Part shown: piece by piece, positions 38,279 through 47,874 of the stretch
Position numbering within the stretch: the first letter of the stretch is position 1
How the letters are laid out: each line of letters starts with the position of its first letter
Source: an uncultured Candidatus Saccharibacteria bacterium
GTDB taxonomy: Bacteria; Patescibacteriota; Saccharimonadia; CAILAD01; BJGX01
Assembly: GCA_964610335.1 (NCBI GenBank)
Contig: CAZSVP010000001.1
Coordinates: forward strand, 61,324-125,323
Direction: 5' to 3'
Length of the DNA stretch: 64,000 bases
Program-made: the position numbers and the translations under genes
Notes under the pieces: model-generated
Seen by the model: only the letters and a program-made list of their open reading frames with translations
The model's database searches: none
Told to the model about the DNA's origin: nothing

Positions 38279-39424
38279 TTAGTCCTCAAATACGGCTGCT
38301 ATCGCGTCTACTACTTTCTTATCAAACACAGATGGGATGATGTGCTCTGCATTGGGTTGTTGAACAACTGCTGCCAAGGCTTGTGCGGCGCTAAGCTTGT
38401 GCTCAATAGTTACTTCTCGTACATTGTTGGCGATGGCCCCTCTAAACATTCCTGGAAACACCAACACATTGTTGATTTGATTGGGAAAATCACTACGGCC
38501 AGTTGCAACAACCGATGCACCCGCAGAGTGAGCCTCGTCCGGCATTATTTCGGGTGTGGGATTGGCTAGTGCAAATACAATTGGGTCGCTGTTCATAGAT
38601 TGAACCATTTGAGTGTTCACTAACCCGGCCGACGATAGCCCAATTAGTACATCTATACCTTTTAGTGCTTCTGTAAGGTCGCCATCTATGTTATTTCTGT
38701 TGGTGATATTGGCTAGCTCTAATTTGTCCTTATCTAAATAGGTTCGATTAGGAGAGATAATACCTTTGCTATCTACAACTATTACGTCAGCAACACCCCA
38801 TGCCACAAGTAGCTTACATACTGCGTTGCCGGCCGCACCAGCACCAATGACTGTTACTTTCAGCTTTTGTTGACTCTTGCCGGTTACTTTAATTGCATTG
38901 ATCAACCCTGCAAGTACCACAATGGCTGTAGCGTGTTGGTCATCGTGAATTACTGGTATATCTAAGTCCTGTTGCAATCGTCTCTCAATATCGAAGCATT
39001 TGGGCGCTGCAATATCTTCAAGATTGATACCACCGAATACAGGCGCGATGTGCTTGATGGTGGCAACTATCTCATCGGGGTCTTGAGTATCGAGCACAAT
39101 TGGCCAAGCGTTAAGACCAGCCAGCTGTGAGAACAGCATGGCCTTGCCTTCCATCACTGGCAAGGCGCCACCAGCGCCAATATTGCCAAGCCCCAGCACA
39201 GCCGAGCCGTCCGAAATTACTGCCACACTATTACCTGCAACAGTAACGTCACGCAACACTACACTGCCGTCAGCGACAGCTTGCGATACAGCACCAACAC
39301 CTGGGGTATACACTTCAGCTAGCACTTGATCATCTTGAACCGCAACTGCCGGCACTACCTGTATCTTGCCTCGTAGTTTCTTATGTAACTCCAGAGATTT
39401 TTGTTTTATATTTTCATCAGCCAT
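38279..39424 (-). CDS. maeB: NAD(P)-dependent malic enzyme, short form
   Basis: VYTPGVG, GLGNIGAGGALPVMEGKAMLF, and the Rossmann motif VIGAGAAGNAVCKLL. Confidence 0.9.
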   Translation of the reverse strand: MADENIKQKSLELHKKLRGKIQVVPAVAVQDDQVLAEVYTPGVGAVSQAVADGSVVLRDVTVAGNSVAVISDGSAVLGLGNIGAGGALPVMEGKAMLFSQLAGLNAWPIVLDTQDPDEIVATIKHIAPVFGGINLEDIAAPKCFDIERRLQQDLDIPVIHDDQHATAIVVLAGLINAIKVTGKSQQKLKVTVIGAGAAGNAVCKLLVAWGVADVIVVDSKGIISPNRTYLDKDKLELANITNRNNIDGDLTEALKGIDVLIGLSSAGLVNTQMVQSMNSDPIVFALANPTPEIMPDEAHSAGASVVATGRSDFPNQINNVLVFPGMFRGAIANNVREVTIEHKLSAAQALAAVVQQPNAEHIIPSVFDKKVVDAIAAVFED

Positions 39425-39431
39425 TTGTGCT

Positions 39432-39755
39432 CTATGTGGTTTCTAACTCTATTTGTACGCCACCAACGCGCTTAGCAACCACGTTGTAAATAGCTGCAGT
39501 TATAAGCCCTGCCAAGAATCCAATTCCTGCATACATAAGCACAATCAACGCGCCAATAAGAATACCGCCAAACAACCCACCTATCAAGCCCAAAGCAAGA
39601 TTGTTGGAAGCCGCACCGGCTGCAGCACCAATTATCACAATAATAAATAGATAGATTACAGCAATAATCAAAGCAATTACACCATATATTACTGCCAATA
39701 CTTTACCCAAGCTCATTGGGTCGACGCGTTTTACTGTCGATTTACTTAATGCCAT
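39432..39755 (-). CDS. Hypothetical small membrane protein of 107 aa
   Basis: Three TM helices rich in Gly/Ala/Ile. Confidence 0.45.
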   Translation of the reverse strand: MALSKSTVKRVDPMSLGKVLAVIYGVIALIIAVIYLFIIVIIGAAAGAASNNLALGLIGGLFGGILIGALIVLMYAGIGFLAGLITAAIYNVVAKRVGGVQIELETT

Positions 39756-39815
39756 TATATAACTCCTTGTTAGTATGTATTTATCATACTACAGCAGAGC
39801 TGATCTGTAACTATT

Positions 39816-42800
39816 CTAGTAGGCTTGCCAGTTGAACTCGACGTCGCTAGATTGAGCTTTGTTGAGCTCAATAGTAAAGCTGTCTTTGTCGATGGCTGTG
39901 GTACGATACGGCCCATCTACAAAATCTTGGGGGCTAACTACTACGTTTGGAACTGAAACGAAGCTCGACGCAAAAGGAACCTTGAGTTTGGTATCACCAG
40001 CGACTACCTTGGCTTTGCCTTTGTTGTCAGAGCTAAATTCTACTCGACCATTCACTACCAGGTTTCCATTTATTGTAATTGCTTTGGCCTTGGCAAGTTC
40101 TGTCAATACGTCAACCGAAACAGTAGTTTGGGAATCAAGTTGAGACTTCAGATCGTTGATCTGCGACTGTTGTTGTTTGATAGCTTGTACAAGATATGGC
40201 GTAAGCCCGGCGTAACTAACTGACTTCATACCATTTTTGTCTGTAAGTACTAAGTCTGGCATGATCGCTTCCAGCTCCTGAGCCAAGAAACCAACATGAA
40301 CAGGGTCGTCGTCTTTCTCGGCTGTGAGGTTGTAGCTATACACTTTGATAGCACCAATCTTCTCAAGCGAGTCGGTAATCTCACTGATGTTTTTCTTAAC
40401 TCTAATGTCTGAGGTACAAGTAACTGCTCCAACTACGTTTGGCGTAACATCACAAGTACCACCGGCGTTTTCAAAGCGTGCCACCGTAGTGCCACTAACA
40501 AGGCTTCCGTCGCCAACATGTAGGTTAAATCCTGGTGCAGAATTGTGTACACCTACATATCCAGCTGTCTGATTAAGGAGTATATTCCCATCTGTAGTAC
40601 CCGTACCAGATGCAATCACCACATCACCGCCTGCAGCACCATTACCATTGGCTCCTAGGATAGACAATGCGGCGCCAGCCGTAGCAGCAGATGTTGAATC
40701 ATTGATCTTTATAGTATGAGCTAACTCTTGATCAAAAAATACATCACCACCTAGTTGCGTGTTGGCAGCAAAGTTTACATCATCTAGCGCACTAACGCTT
40801 CCTCGAAATGACGAGTTACCATAAACTTGAAGTGCACCAATTATATTGGTGTTACCGGCAGTAAGCGTGGTAGCCCCACCACCATCTGTTAATGAGGTTG
40901 AAGATTCTGAATTGAAAGTAAGATCGAGTGCACCAGATACGCCTACTCTACGTGTGCTGCTCATCTGTACAGTGTCTACTGTGTTTGAGCCATCGGTAGA
41001 ACCGCCAATCAAGAACACGTAGCCGTTCGTGACAACAGCTGCTTGCTGTTCAATACCAGTTGCCATATCACTCTCATGCTCCTTCCAGGTTCCTAAATCA
41101 CCATCAGGCTGCAATGGGGCAGTCGAGGTAATAACTTGTGGCACTCCGACAAGATCACCACCAACCCTATAGAGATTGCCGCTATTTACAAACGCCGTAT
41201 GATTGAATGTGCCATAAACAGGACCATTGCTAGCTGTACTCCAGGCGTTGTTTGAACCATCGGGATTCAATGAAGCATATTTTACGGAATCACCTCCTAA
41301 ATCTAAGTAGTACAAGAACCCGTTGGCCACTACCGCATCTGCTGCCTTCCAAGAGCTTGGCAGCGGCGTGGCGCTAGTTGTCCAACTAGCGATAGTTCCA
41401 TCTGAATTTGGCTTGGCATAGTAGACCGAACTGAAGTTACTGAAGTTGTCAGTACCAGCTACTACGTACATATAACCATTGTTTTGAGCCCCACCATAGA
41501 AGGCCCTTAAACCAGGTAAGCTAGTAGTGCTGCGCCAAGTACCAACACTGCCGTCGGCATTGATTCGAGCATAGTATACTGTCGAGACTGCAAATGGGCC
41601 GACTCCGTCTTCACCACCTACTACGTATATGTAACCGTTTTGGATGAATGTCTTATGCCCAGAACGAGGTACTGGTAATGGAGTGGTAGAAGACCAACTC
41701 AATGTTCCTTCAGCTCCAACCTTGGAGTAATAGACACTAGTGGTCGCCGAGCTTACGCCATCATCACCACCCGTCAGATATATATACCCATTAGCATAAC
41801 CATACCCCATATTCTTGAGTGGTGTTGGAAGAGTATTGGCCGGACTACTCACCCAGCGTCCGGTTGGATTATACGGCGAGGCAATATTTGCTGTAAGGGC
41901 AGCACTATTCTCACTATTTAAGAATGTAGAACTACTGAGTGCATTGGCCGCTGCACCAGTAGTTAAAATATTGAATGCTGTGGTTGGGTATGGTCCAGAC
42001 AGGGTATTGGTACCGGCCTGATCAATTATGGCAATTCCGGCCACGTTGGCAACAATTCCCCCACCATTGTTTACTGGACTTAAAACTTGAACACCTGATA
42101 GATTGGTAATTGTGCCAGTACCAGTATTACCGTATCCTACAAACAGCCCACCACCATTGGTGATGGTACCATCGGAAGTATTGAACATATATGAGCCAAG
42201 TCCGTATCCAGTAGTTATGGTGCCCGACCCCACATTGACCAATGTACCATTGACTCCCGCGCCAGCCGTGACTGTACCAGAGCCTTGATTGTAAAACGCG
42301 CCGAACTCGCCTGCACCGAGAGTAATATTCCCTGTTCCACTATGAACCGCAAGTGAAGAAGCCCCACTTAAACCAGTGTAATCAAAACCATTTTCAACCT
42401 CAACTTGGGCAGATGAGTAACTACCTGTGAAACCAGATGCTCCAGCATCAGTATCGCCTTTGATATAAATTTCACTACCTGTACCAGAGTAAACAGTCGG
42501 TGTTACTGCAAATGGTAAGCCGCTAAATTCTTCTTGAACAGCCAAAACCCTAGTAGTAGGAATGGGTGTCATGGGTATTACAGGTATATTCATCGGCCCT
42601 AAAGCAATTGGCCCTATGATGCTGCCTGTACCAAAAGTAGAATCTGCACCGATTGCAGCATGATTGTGGATCCAGCCATTGCCGTACACATCAAGTGACT
42701 GTTGTGGTGATGCTGTATTTATACCCAGACTACCCGCGGCATTGAATGTTGACATCACACTGCCTGAGCTGTTCTCCAAGGCAAACATATCTGCCAACTG

Positions 42801-43292
42801 GCCACTGGCACCACGAATTATACCTCCTGCAAAGTAGGGATTAGCTGACTGAATAGCAAAGTTCTTACTTGGCTCCACTGCATAGGAATTACATATTACA
42901 CTCTGAACACAGCCGACAGTCGGATTGTTTGTCACAAACAGTGATGTATTGTTTGAACTGTTCGCGTTTGTGACTGACAGGTTTTGTTGGTTTTGGTTAA
43001 TAGCTGACTGTAAGTACGCAGCAATACCCGGTGTAAGTTGGTCAAACCCAATCGATCCATCGGCTATTTCAGCGCTCGCGGCCGGTAATCGTCCACCACT
43101 GCCTTGTTGACTATTGCGAACATTACCCAAATCCCACCATAACAGAAGTATTAGTATTAACAACAGTATCACAGCCACAATTATCACATCGGACAATATA
43201 CGTAACCATTGTACGCGCTTGGCTGTTACTTCACTTTCATGTACTAGATCGATTTGGTCGACTTGACCAGTTTGATCGTAAGGCTCTTCCAC
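39816..43292 (-). CDS. Giant membrane-anchored surface protein of 1,158 aa. Order of parts: N-terminal TM, a beta-rich Gly/Thr/Ser region, Kelch-type beta-propeller repeats, a peptidase S74 intramolecular chaperone domain, then a roughly 100-aa C-terminal tail.
   Basis: TM VIIVAVILLLILILLLWW. Kelch-like repeats (NGYIYVVGGEDG..., NGYMYVVAGTDN..., NGFLYYLDLGGD..., NGYVFLIGGSTDG). S74 motif TSDIRVKKNISEITDSLEKIGAIKVYSYNL...VHVGFLAQELEAIMPDLV...SYAGLTPYLVQAIKQQQSQINDLKSQL. Confidence 0.8.
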   Translation of the reverse strand: MEEPYDQTGQVDQIDLVHESEVTAKRVQWLRILSDVIIVAVILLLILILLLWWDLGNVRNSQQGSGGRLPAASAEIADGSIGFDQLTPGIAAYLQSAINQNQQNLSVTNANSSNNTSLFVTNNPTVGCVQSVICNSYAVEPSKNFAIQSANPYFAGGIIRGASGQLADMFALENSSGSVMSTFNAAGSLGINTASPQQSLDVYGNGWIHNHAAIGADSTFGTGSIIGPIALGPMNIPVIPMTPIPTTRVLAVQEEFSGLPFAVTPTVYSGTGSEIYIKGDTDAGASGFTGSYSSAQVEVENGFDYTGLSGASSLAVHSGTGNITLGAGEFGAFYNQGSGTVTAGAGVNGTLVNVGSGTITTGYGLGSYMFNTSDGTITNGGGLFVGYGNTGTGTITNLSGVQVLSPVNNGGGIVANVAGIAIIDQAGTNTLSGPYPTTAFNILTTGAAANALSSSTFLNSENSAALTANIASPYNPTGRWVSSPANTLPTPLKNMGYGYANGYIYLTGGDDGVSSATTSVYYSKVGAEGTLSWSSTTPLPVPRSGHKTFIQNGYIYVVGGEDGVGPFAVSTVYYARINADGSVGTWRSTTSLPGLRAFYGGAQNNGYMYVVAGTDNFSNFSSVYYAKPNSDGTIASWTTSATPLPSSWKAADAVVANGFLYYLDLGGDSVKYASLNPDGSNNAWSTASNGPVYGTFNHTAFVNSGNLYRVGGDLVGVPQVITSTAPLQPDGDLGTWKEHESDMATGIEQQAAVVTNGYVFLIGGSTDGSNTVDTVQMSSTRRVGVSGALDLTFNSESSTSLTDGGGATTLTAGNTNIIGALQVYGNSSFRGSVSALDDVNFAANTQLGGDVFFDQELAHTIKINDSTSAATAGAALSILGANGNGAAGGDVVIASGTGTTDGNILLNQTAGYVGVHNSAPGFNLHVGDGSLVSGTTVARFENAGGTCDVTPNVVGAVTCTSDIRVKKNISEITDSLEKIGAIKVYSYNLTAEKDDDPVHVGFLAQELEAIMPDLVLTDKNGMKSVSYAGLTPYLVQAIKQQQSQINDLKSQLDSQTTVSVDVLTELAKAKAITINGNLVVNGRVEFSSDNKGKAKVVAGDTKLKVPFASSFVSVPNVVVSPQDFVDGPYRTTAIDKDSFTIELNKAQSSDVEFNWQAY

Positions 43293-43349
43293 AAGCTCTC
43301 CAACTGTTACGCTTATGATTATACGTAAGCATTACCTATTTGGTCAACT

Positions 43350-43377
43350 AAAAAAGGCCCAAGAGTGGGCCTTTTTT
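43350..43377. terminator. Bidirectional rho-independent terminator (aaaaaaggccc-aagagt-gggcctttttt)
   Basis: Perfect GC hairpin with an A-run and a T-run. Downstream of the 43396-43839 gene. Confidence 0.55.
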
Positions 43378-43395
43378 AGTCTTAAGATTAACTAA

Positions 43396-43839
43396 TTAAG
43401 ATTTCTTCAAAGCTGCTGGACCAACGTATTTGGCATCGCCGAAGCCTAGGATCAAGTAACCAACAATAGAGAACAGCCATAGTGCGATTATCCCGAAGGC
43501 AGGACTCTTACCAAACGATTTGGCAAGATCAAGCGCAATCACAATGTAAACTACCATAAACGCAATTGGACCTACAAAAGGAACAATTGGTAGCAGCAAT
43601 AGCACTAGCCACCAAGAAGGGCGACCAATCACTTGTAGCAAAACGTAGAAGTTATAGATTGGAATGATTGCAGCCCAACCAGGTTGACCTGCTTTTACAA
43701 ATGTTTTCCAAAGTCCAATTATCCCCACAATTGCTACTGCCAACAATACGAACATATAGATCGCAAAGAAAGCACCAAAAAAACCACCTAAGGCAGCACC
43801 GTCGCCTGTGGTAGTGTACGAGTAACTATAATCTGTCAT
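43396..43839 (-). CDS. Hypothetical membrane protein of 147 aa
   Basis: Four TM helices. No motif. Confidence 0.5.
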   Translation of the reverse strand: MTDYSYSYTTTGDGAALGGFFGAFFAIYMFVLLAVAIVGIIGLWKTFVKAGQPGWAAIIPIYNFYVLLQVIGRPSWWLVLLLLPIVPFVGPIAFMVVYIVIALDLAKSFGKSPAFGIIALWLFSIVGYLILGFGDAKYVGPAALKKS

Positions 43840-43914
43840 GTAACTATCTCCTTATTTACTAATTTTTTTAATTCTTAACAATATCTTGCACTATCAAGAA
43901 ATATTTTGCAAGCC

Positions 43915-44334
43915 TTAAGCGCTATAATCTGTGGCCTTAAATCCTTCGACAATCACCTCTTTTAATGCCTTCAAATCCACGTCCTCTAGCTTCTTAAACC
44001 TAATACAGCTCCGTCCAATGCTGGCCTTAGAGAATTTGTCTCGGTATTGTTCAGCTATATAACCATGGGTATTTACCGCACACACATACACAGAAATATA
44101 GTTTTTTTGGCTAGCCAAACCAATTTTCATCCAATCGCCCTCTCTACCGCTTTTTGATTTATAGTGATAGCTGTCATAGCCGATAATACTTCCCCAAAGC
44201 TTGCGCTCACTACCCTTGGGCGCAAGTGAGCTTATAAGCTTATCAAGCTCTGTTATGTCAGAGCGCCTTGGCTCATCTATAGCATCAATATACTCCTCGA
44301 CTGTCTTAGCGCTGGTTGGTTTGAACATATTCAT
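43915..44334 (-). CDS. DUF1801 (YdhG-like) domain protein
   Basis: EEYIDAIDEPRRSDITELDKLI...KIGLASQKNYISVYV...RFKKLEDVDLKALKEVI matches the DUF1801 pattern. Confidence 0.6.
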   Translation of the reverse strand: MNMFKPTSAKTVEEYIDAIDEPRRSDITELDKLISSLAPKGSERKLWGSIIGYDSYHYKSKSGREGDWMKIGLASQKNYISVYVCAVNTHGYIAEQYRDKFSKASIGRSCIRFKKLEDVDLKALKEVIVEGFKATDYSA

Positions 44335-44352
44335 AGTTTTGCTTCGTTAACT

Positions 44353-46023
44353 CTAATGCCTAGCTGTTGGTGTTTTCTTAGGCTTCGAGAAGAACTCGAG
44401 CCCTTTGGCACTAGCCAACACTTGCTTTAGGGCTTTTTGATGAGTCAGCATATAGAACATACTGCTCAATCGTCTTGGCAAGGATGCGCCCTTGCGTTGC
44501 AGAATATTCTGTAGCTTCGTGTTCTCACCAAATCCGGCCAACTTATACATATTGTCAGTAGTGTCTGCATACTGTACCGCTTCGGCAAACCCACGACCTA
44601 TGTCATTGCCATCTCTATCATGTAGGTAAACGGCACCTTCGTTGTACTGGCTAGCATTGGCAAAGAAGTTGGTTTGAGCCTCTGGCACGATTTGAGTCAT
44701 AGTAAACTCGCGAATATCTTTGGGCATTGTGTCGTCAAAACTAAAATGCCAACGGTTAGGATGCCAAGTGTGTGTCGCCGGATATAACTCAGGATTTGGC
44801 GTGCCATTGCTACGAATCCACTCATCGATTACAAGCGTCCCCCAGGTATTATGCAGCTGTTTGTTCTCATCCATATACTTACCAGCCACGTCGATCTTCA
44901 TAACATCGGGCTTTTGCTCACCAGTTTGGAAGTAGTACTTCTGGTACGCCTTGCCATGCGGAGCAAACATAGTGATTTGACGATCACCTACAAACTGCGC
45001 CATGTACCAATCCCAGCCAGCTGGGCCAGGGATGCTAATATTGTTGGCTGCTCGCAATACATCTGAGCTGGGGTTGCCGCTCAAGAATCCCCACTGGTGG
45101 TCAAACCAGAAGGTGCCTTTCTTGAGTTTGATCTGTTTGCCACCATAGTTGATCGTGCTGCCAGACTTAAGCACTACATTGGGAATAGAGTAATATAGCG
45201 TCCCCATGCCGGCTACGCAGGGCATACAACCATCGTCACCTTGAAAGAGTGTTTCTTTGCCCTCTGTAAACTCGAGCTCAATCCCTAGCTCAAATGGTTT
45301 GTCGCCACCACGATCAACACCATGTCCGCTCAACTGCAACGGCAAGAACTTGTCCTTTGTCAACGATTTGATTTGGTTTTTGCCCACCTTATAGACATAA
45401 GGTTTTGATTGAAAATCAATTAACCCAGTTGTGCCAGCTATTAGTACAGGATCGGCCTGGTGATGTTCTTCTCCAGCCTTGCTTATACCTAACTGTAGCT
45501 CCACTGATTGATTTTCAATGTCACTCAAGCCTAGTCGTGCAGCTAACTCAGGGGGCAATAGTGGTACGCGGAAGAACATCATCTCTATGCCCCACTCTTG
45601 GCCTGATTCATCCCAAGCGCTACCTACAAAGAAATGCCAGCCAACCTGCGAACGAAGTTTGGGCTCGTGATCGCGCGGGAACTCTAAGTTTGCCGAATCA
45701 GGCATTATGTCAAAGCCCAATACTGCATTATTACCCAAGAATTTAGTGACTATTACATAGGCTTGGTGTGGTGAGAGTTCTGTGATTGCCTCGCGCAGTG
45801 CGCTATAACGCTCGTTATAGTCAGGGTTATGTGATTGCTGGTTTTGTTCTAGCCATAGCAGATATTGGCGCATGCGTTCACCGAAGCTGTGATTGGAATT
45901 CATGTCGTCTCGTAACTTATCAGTAGTGGACTTTGGTATTTTGGTAGCATCATATCGCTCTAGCCATAAGGCATCGGCAATGTGCTGCATAGTGTTTTCG
46001 TCTAGTGTGGTTGAATCATTCAT
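44353..46023 (-). CDS. AttH/CrtC-like (lipocalin-type hydroxyneurosporene synthase family) domain protein of 556 aa
   Basis: The WFDHQWG motif and surrounding beta-rich region resemble the AttH/CrtC family. The N-terminal 120 aa is helical. Confidence 0.45.
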   Translation of the reverse strand: MNDSTTLDENTMQHIADALWLERYDATKIPKSTTDKLRDDMNSNHSFGERMRQYLLWLEQNQQSHNPDYNERYSALREAITELSPHQAYVIVTKFLGNNAVLGFDIMPDSANLEFPRDHEPKLRSQVGWHFFVGSAWDESGQEWGIEMMFFRVPLLPPELAARLGLSDIENQSVELQLGISKAGEEHHQADPVLIAGTTGLIDFQSKPYVYKVGKNQIKSLTKDKFLPLQLSGHGVDRGGDKPFELGIELEFTEGKETLFQGDDGCMPCVAGMGTLYYSIPNVVLKSGSTINYGGKQIKLKKGTFWFDHQWGFLSGNPSSDVLRAANNISIPGPAGWDWYMAQFVGDRQITMFAPHGKAYQKYYFQTGEQKPDVMKIDVAGKYMDENKQLHNTWGTLVIDEWIRSNGTPNPELYPATHTWHPNRWHFSFDDTMPKDIREFTMTQIVPEAQTNFFANASQYNEGAVYLHDRDGNDIGRGFAEAVQYADTTDNMYKLAGFGENTKLQNILQRKGASLPRRLSSMFYMLTHQKALKQVLASAKGLEFFSKPKKTPTARH

Positions 46024-46129
46024 AAGTATTATTGTACACCCATCTAGCCCGTGGATTAACTCTACAAATACGGCAAACGCGCCTCAAGCAGTAGCTTGGG
46101 GCGCGATATGCCAATCGTTACTTCTTCAC

Positions 46130-47317
46130 TCAGTTGCGCACTCGACGCTTGACACGGTTGCATGCTCTGTTGAACAATGCACCATCGTCAGCTACCAGCG
46201 CCGATTGCATGTCGGCTACGTCTTGCTGCAGACCCACCACCAGATCGAGATAGAAATCGTCTTGCACTCTTGGCAGCCCTGCCACTGCCTCGGCCAACAA
46301 CCAGACTGTGTCTGGACCACGAAGAGCCGGATTGTTCTGAAGCAGTGAACGAGCGTCGTCGATCTGCCACACTACACGCTCGATCTGGCAGATGTCGGCC
46401 ATCTCGACCATGTTGGGTTCGCCATGATTCTTGTAGTAGTACTGTCGTACCCAAAAACCAGGCTTGATCAACAGATCTTCAAGGATTGGATCACCAATCT
46501 TCTTGGCCAGCCGAGGTCGGCCAGATCGGTACAAACACTCCAGCTGCCACAGATCATCGAGTAGCTTCTCGGCCAGCACATTGCCGACCAACCTGTGACC
46601 ACTCATGGACCCAATCGTGTTGATGTCCCACTCAGCTTGGCCTGCGAGAAATGGCTTGGCACGAGTCAGCTTGGCTGCAGTTGCTCCGGGATTGTAGCGA
46701 CCGAGCGAATCAGTCACATCGAGCGCGCTTAGCAAGCTCGCGAAAGCCTCCACTCGCCGACGTGTCTCGGCACGCTCCAGGCCGGCTGCCTCGGCGCTCA
46801 ACACCACACAGACATAGCGCAGGCGCATCGGATCGTCGCGCAATTCCCTGCCATGATGCGCTAGCTCGGGCACAATCTCCTCGAGCTTGGACACACTGTC
46901 GAGCAACTTGATGCGGCGCATCAGAGCGTTCTCCAAACCAAGATTGCCCGTTCGCACCAGCGACGGCACAGTCCAGAATGGAAACGTGGTGCGGCGCGCA
47001 TCCTCGGTGCGAGATACAGCGATGATCTCCCCCTCACGACGAGGGTCGCTTGGGTTTTCCAGCACCAAGTGATACTTGGGTGAAGCTCCTGACACCATGA
47101 TCTGTCGCACCTGTGCAGTCCGTCGTACTTTCTTGCGCTTCACCCACTTGAAATATGGGTAGTCGATCAGGGGGCCAAGTTCGTAGGTAGGCTTCATGAG
47201 GCCCTCCATTTCATAGTCGATCTGTCGAAGAACTTTTGGCGGCAGTATTGTACCACCTAAGCACCTTGACTTCAACAGATATAAATGGGTATAATCGGCG
47301 GGTACTGCAGCACACAT
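46130..47317 (-). CDS. Hypothetical protein of 395 aa encoded in a high-GC (about 60%) island
   Basis: Long ORF with GC far above the window background. No recognisable motif. Divergent from tRNA-Asn. Confidence 0.55.
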   Translation of the reverse strand: MCAAVPADYTHLYLLKSRCLGGTILPPKVLRQIDYEMEGLMKPTYELGPLIDYPYFKWVKRKKVRRTAQVRQIMVSGASPKYHLVLENPSDPRREGEIIAVSRTEDARRTTFPFWTVPSLVRTGNLGLENALMRRIKLLDSVSKLEEIVPELAHHGRELRDDPMRLRYVCVVLSAEAAGLERAETRRRVEAFASLLSALDVTDSLGRYNPGATAAKLTRAKPFLAGQAEWDINTIGSMSGHRLVGNVLAEKLLDDLWQLECLYRSGRPRLAKKIGDPILEDLLIKPGFWVRQYYYKNHGEPNMVEMADICQIERVVWQIDDARSLLQNNPALRGPDTVWLLAEAVAGLPRVQDDFYLDLVVGLQQDVADMQSALVADDGALFNRACNRVKRRVRN

Positions 47318-47363
47318 ATTCCGGATCTCACTCTAGTGGACTCGGAGTAAATGCAAAACACCT

Positions 47364-47438
47364 TCCGGAGTAGCTCAGCGGTAGAGCAATTCGCTGTTAA
47401 CGAAAAGGTCGCCGGTTCGAATCCGGCCTCCGGAGCCA
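47364..47438 (+). tRNA. tRNA-Asn (anticodon GTT)
   Basis: tccggagtagctcagcggtagagcaattcgctGTTaacgaaaaggtcgccggttcgaatccggcctccggagcca. Cloverleaf with encoded CCA. Confidence 0.9.
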
Positions 47439-47452
47439 TAGTACTTATGCTT

Positions 47453-47476
47453 AAAAGACCCATTGGGGTCTTTTTT
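47453..47476 (+). terminator. Rho-independent terminator (agaccc-attg-gggtct plus T6)
   Basis: Hairpin followed by tttttt immediately after tRNA-Asn. Confidence 0.55.
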
Positions 47477-47490
47477 GATACAATCTAAAT

Positions 47491-47751
47491 ATGAGATTTG
47501 AAAAGAAGATATTTCCCGAATATTTTGAATTAGTAAGAACAGGCAAGAAAACATACGATTTTCGCTTGGCTGATTTTGCAATCAACCCTGGCGATACTTT
47601 AGTTCTTAAAGAATGGGACAAGCAGAAAAAAGAGTTTACTGGTCGTGAATTGGAAAAAGAGGTTACATATGTGGGGAAAACTAAGGGTGACACTACCTGG
47701 TCACAAGAGGAAATTGATAAATTTGGCTATCAAATAATCTCGTTTAAGTAG
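47491..47751 (+). CDS. DUF3850/ASCH-like domain protein of 86 aa
   Basis: KIFPEYFELVRTGKKTYDFRLADFAINPGDTLVLKEWD matches DUF3850 (ASCH-fold). Confidence 0.55.
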   Translation: MRFEKKIFPEYFELVRTGKKTYDFRLADFAINPGDTLVLKEWDKQKKEFTGRELEKEVTYVGKTKGDTTWSQEEIDKFGYQIISFK

Positions 47752-47766
47752 TGACTAAGATATTTC

Positions 47767-47792
47767 TAACTTCCATCACTACCCGGAGCCAG
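47767..47792 (+). repeat. Copy A of a 26-nt direct repeat, TAACTTCCATCACTACCCGGAGCCAG
   Basis: 24/26 identical to copy B at 49345-49370. Its 3' part CCGGAGCCA equals the 3' acceptor end of tRNA-Asn (47430-47438). Confidence 0.6.
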
Positions 47793-47841
47793 CAATAATT
47801 TCAGATAGAACACCAACTACCCCAAAGTGGACGTTCGAACT

Positions 47842-47865
47842 AAAGAGGCCCGAAAGGGTCTCTTT
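47842..47865. terminator. Terminator hairpin (agaggccc-gaaa-gggtctct)
   Basis: Same GACCC/GGGTC stem family as the terminators at 47453 and 49384. Lies between convergent genes. Confidence 0.45.
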
Positions 47866-47874
47866 AGTTATTTA

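Noticed and set aside
46177-46911. Plus-strand ORFs 46177-46467 and 46651-46911, and minus-strand ORF 46188-46454
   Set aside because: Arg/Ala-rich translations inside the 60%-GC island. High GC suppresses stop codons on all frames. The long minus-strand ORF 46130-47317 is the coherent gene.
47272-47693. ORFs 47272-47463, 47375-47581 and 47451-47693 on the minus strand
   Set aside because: They overlap tRNA-Asn, its terminator, and the sense strand of the DUF3850 gene. No RBS. Spurious.
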